A stretch of 64,000 nucleotides of DNA from Phyllobates terribilis (taxonomy: Eukaryota). The stretch lies in assembly GCF_046119375.1 (NCBI RefSeq), contig NW_027362765.1, positions 428,110,001-428,174,000 of the forward strand, in the 5' to 3' direction. The position numbers and the translations under genes were made by a program. How positions within the stretch are numbered: the first letter of the stretch is position 1; every line of letters starts with the position of its first letter. Of this stretch, positions 62,340 to 64,000 are shown piece by piece. A model generated the notes under the pieces. It was not told where the DNA came from, did no database searches, and worked only from the letters and a program-made list of their open reading frames with translations.

Positions 62340-64000
62340 GTGAGGCAAGCAAGGGGGAAGGGGAGAAGTGAATATAATGAGGGTGGAGAGGGGGGTGGGG
62401 ATAGTACAGTTAGATCGTTAGTGAAGAATAGGATGCTAAATAACCCCAAAGTTTTATCTTGCATGCTGACCAACGCAAGAAGCCTGACCAATAAGGCGGA
62501 TGAGCTGCGGGCGCTTATATCGGAGGAGAGGTATGTCATCGTAGGTATAACAGAGACTTGGCTAGACGATAGCTACGACTGGGCGGTAAATTTATTAGAT
62601 TATAGTTTATTTAGAAGGGACCGGAAACAGGGGAAAGGCGGAGGAGTCTGCTTATATGTAAAGTCATGTCTAAAGCCCAGACTAAGGGAAGATATAGGAG
62701 AGGGAGAAGAGGGGGTCGAGTCCATGTGGGTAGAGATAGAGGGGGCAAAAAATAATAATAAAATATTACTGGGGTCTGCTATAAGCCACCCAATATAACA
62801 GAGGAGAATGAGAATCTGCTTTTAGGACAAATAGACAAAGTAGCAAAACATAATGAAGTGATTGTAATGGGGGATTTCAACTACCCGGATATTGACTGGG
62901 AAACAGAAACCTGTAGATCTCAGAAAGGAAAAAGGTTCTTGACAAATATTAAGGATAATTATCTCTCCCAACTAGTGCAGGAACCAACGAGAGGGAAGGC
63001 CGTGTTGGACTTAATATTGACTAATAGGCCTGATAGAATAACTGAGGTACAGATAGGGGGGCACCTAGGTAATAGCGATCATAATATTATTGACTTCAAA
63101 ATGCCCTTCAGTAGGGTTATCAATAAGGGAACAACAAAAACATTAAACTTTAGGAGGGCGAAGTTTGATCAGCTGATAGAAAACCTTCAATTTATTGACT
63201 GGGACAAAGTACTTAATCAATGGAATACGAATAGTAAACGGGAAACCTTCAAAAGAATTCTGAATACTCAGTGCGAGAGGTATATACCGTATGGGAATAA
63301 AAGGGCCAGAAATAAGAGGAAACCAATATGGTTGAACAAGAACGTAAAAGGGGCGTTAAATAGCAAAAAAGAGGCATTCAAGAGATTAAAACAGGTAAAC
63401 AGTAAGGAGGCACTAATGTGTTACAAGGAAAAAACGAGAACTTGTAAAAAAACAAATAAAAATAGCGAAGGAGGAAACAGAGAGACGTATTGCTAGGGAA
63501 AGTAGATCAAATCCCAAACTGTTCTTTACGTATATAAATAGTAAAAGGATTAAATCGGATAATATTGGACCGATAAAAAGTGAGGAAGGCAAAATCAAAT
63601 ATTTTTTTTTCGACAACTTTCACAAAGGAAATAGAACTAACAGGAGAAATGAGAAGTGACAAGCTTAATCCTCCACTAAGTATGACAAAGCTAACCCAAG
63701 CTGGGGTACAGAAACGCCTCAGTAACATTAAAATAAACAAATCACCAGGACCTGATGGCATACACCCACGGGAACTAAGGGAACTATGTAATGTGATAGA
63801 CAGACCGTTATATCTTATATTTAAGGACTCTGTTGAGACTGGGTCTGTACCACTTGATTGGCGACAGGCGAATGTAGTGCCAATATTCAAAAAGGGAGCG
63901 AAAAGTGACGCCGGAAACTATCGGCCGGTGAGTCTGACGTCCGTTGTGGGCAAAATTTTTGAAAGCTTCATTAAAGAGGCAATTACGGAGCATTTTGATG
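62340..64000 (+). pseudogene. CR1 ORF2: APE endonuclease and RT start (frameshifted)
   Basis: TNARSL, GITETWLD, MGDFNYPDIDW, LDLILTN, SDHNII, KSPGPDGIHPR, WRQANVVPIFKKG, NYRPVSLTSVVGK. Confidence 0.92.

Larger units (their letters stand above)
60940..64000 (+). mobile_element. CR1-type LINE with 5' UTR, ORF1 and the start of ORF2 (runs off the window)
   Basis: ORF1 and ORF2 motifs as in the next two entries. It truncates the Gypsy RNase H. Confidence 0.92.

Overview
Vertebrate genomic DNA, most likely anuran (frog); the species group is inferred from the repeat families. The window is a deep nest of transposable elements next to one host-type gene. That gene is a compact, apparently disabled GCNA/ACRC-like SprT metalloprotease gene (exons 6821-11909, +). 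From about 13.5 kb onward, a decayed Gypsy pol is split by three insertions. The first is a Penelope-like element with ~1.3-kb inverted pseudo-LTRs, each carrying a minimal hammerhead ribozyme (13888-34174). Inside it sits a 10.9-kb hAT element with an intact 1226-aa transposase, a perfect 8-bp TSD, an 18S rRNA fragment and other cargo. The second is a 10-kb hAT of a sister family (34595-44578). The third is a non-autonomous hAT. An inverted sibling of the 10-kb hAT (49927-~58572), a second Gypsy and a 5'-complete CR1 LINE follow. Tc1 elements, MITEs, solo LTRs, V-SINEs and many internal minisatellites fill the rest. Boundaries and TSDs were read by eye. Family names come from recalled motifs, not from database searches. 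Most short ORFs in the supplied track are artefacts of repeats.
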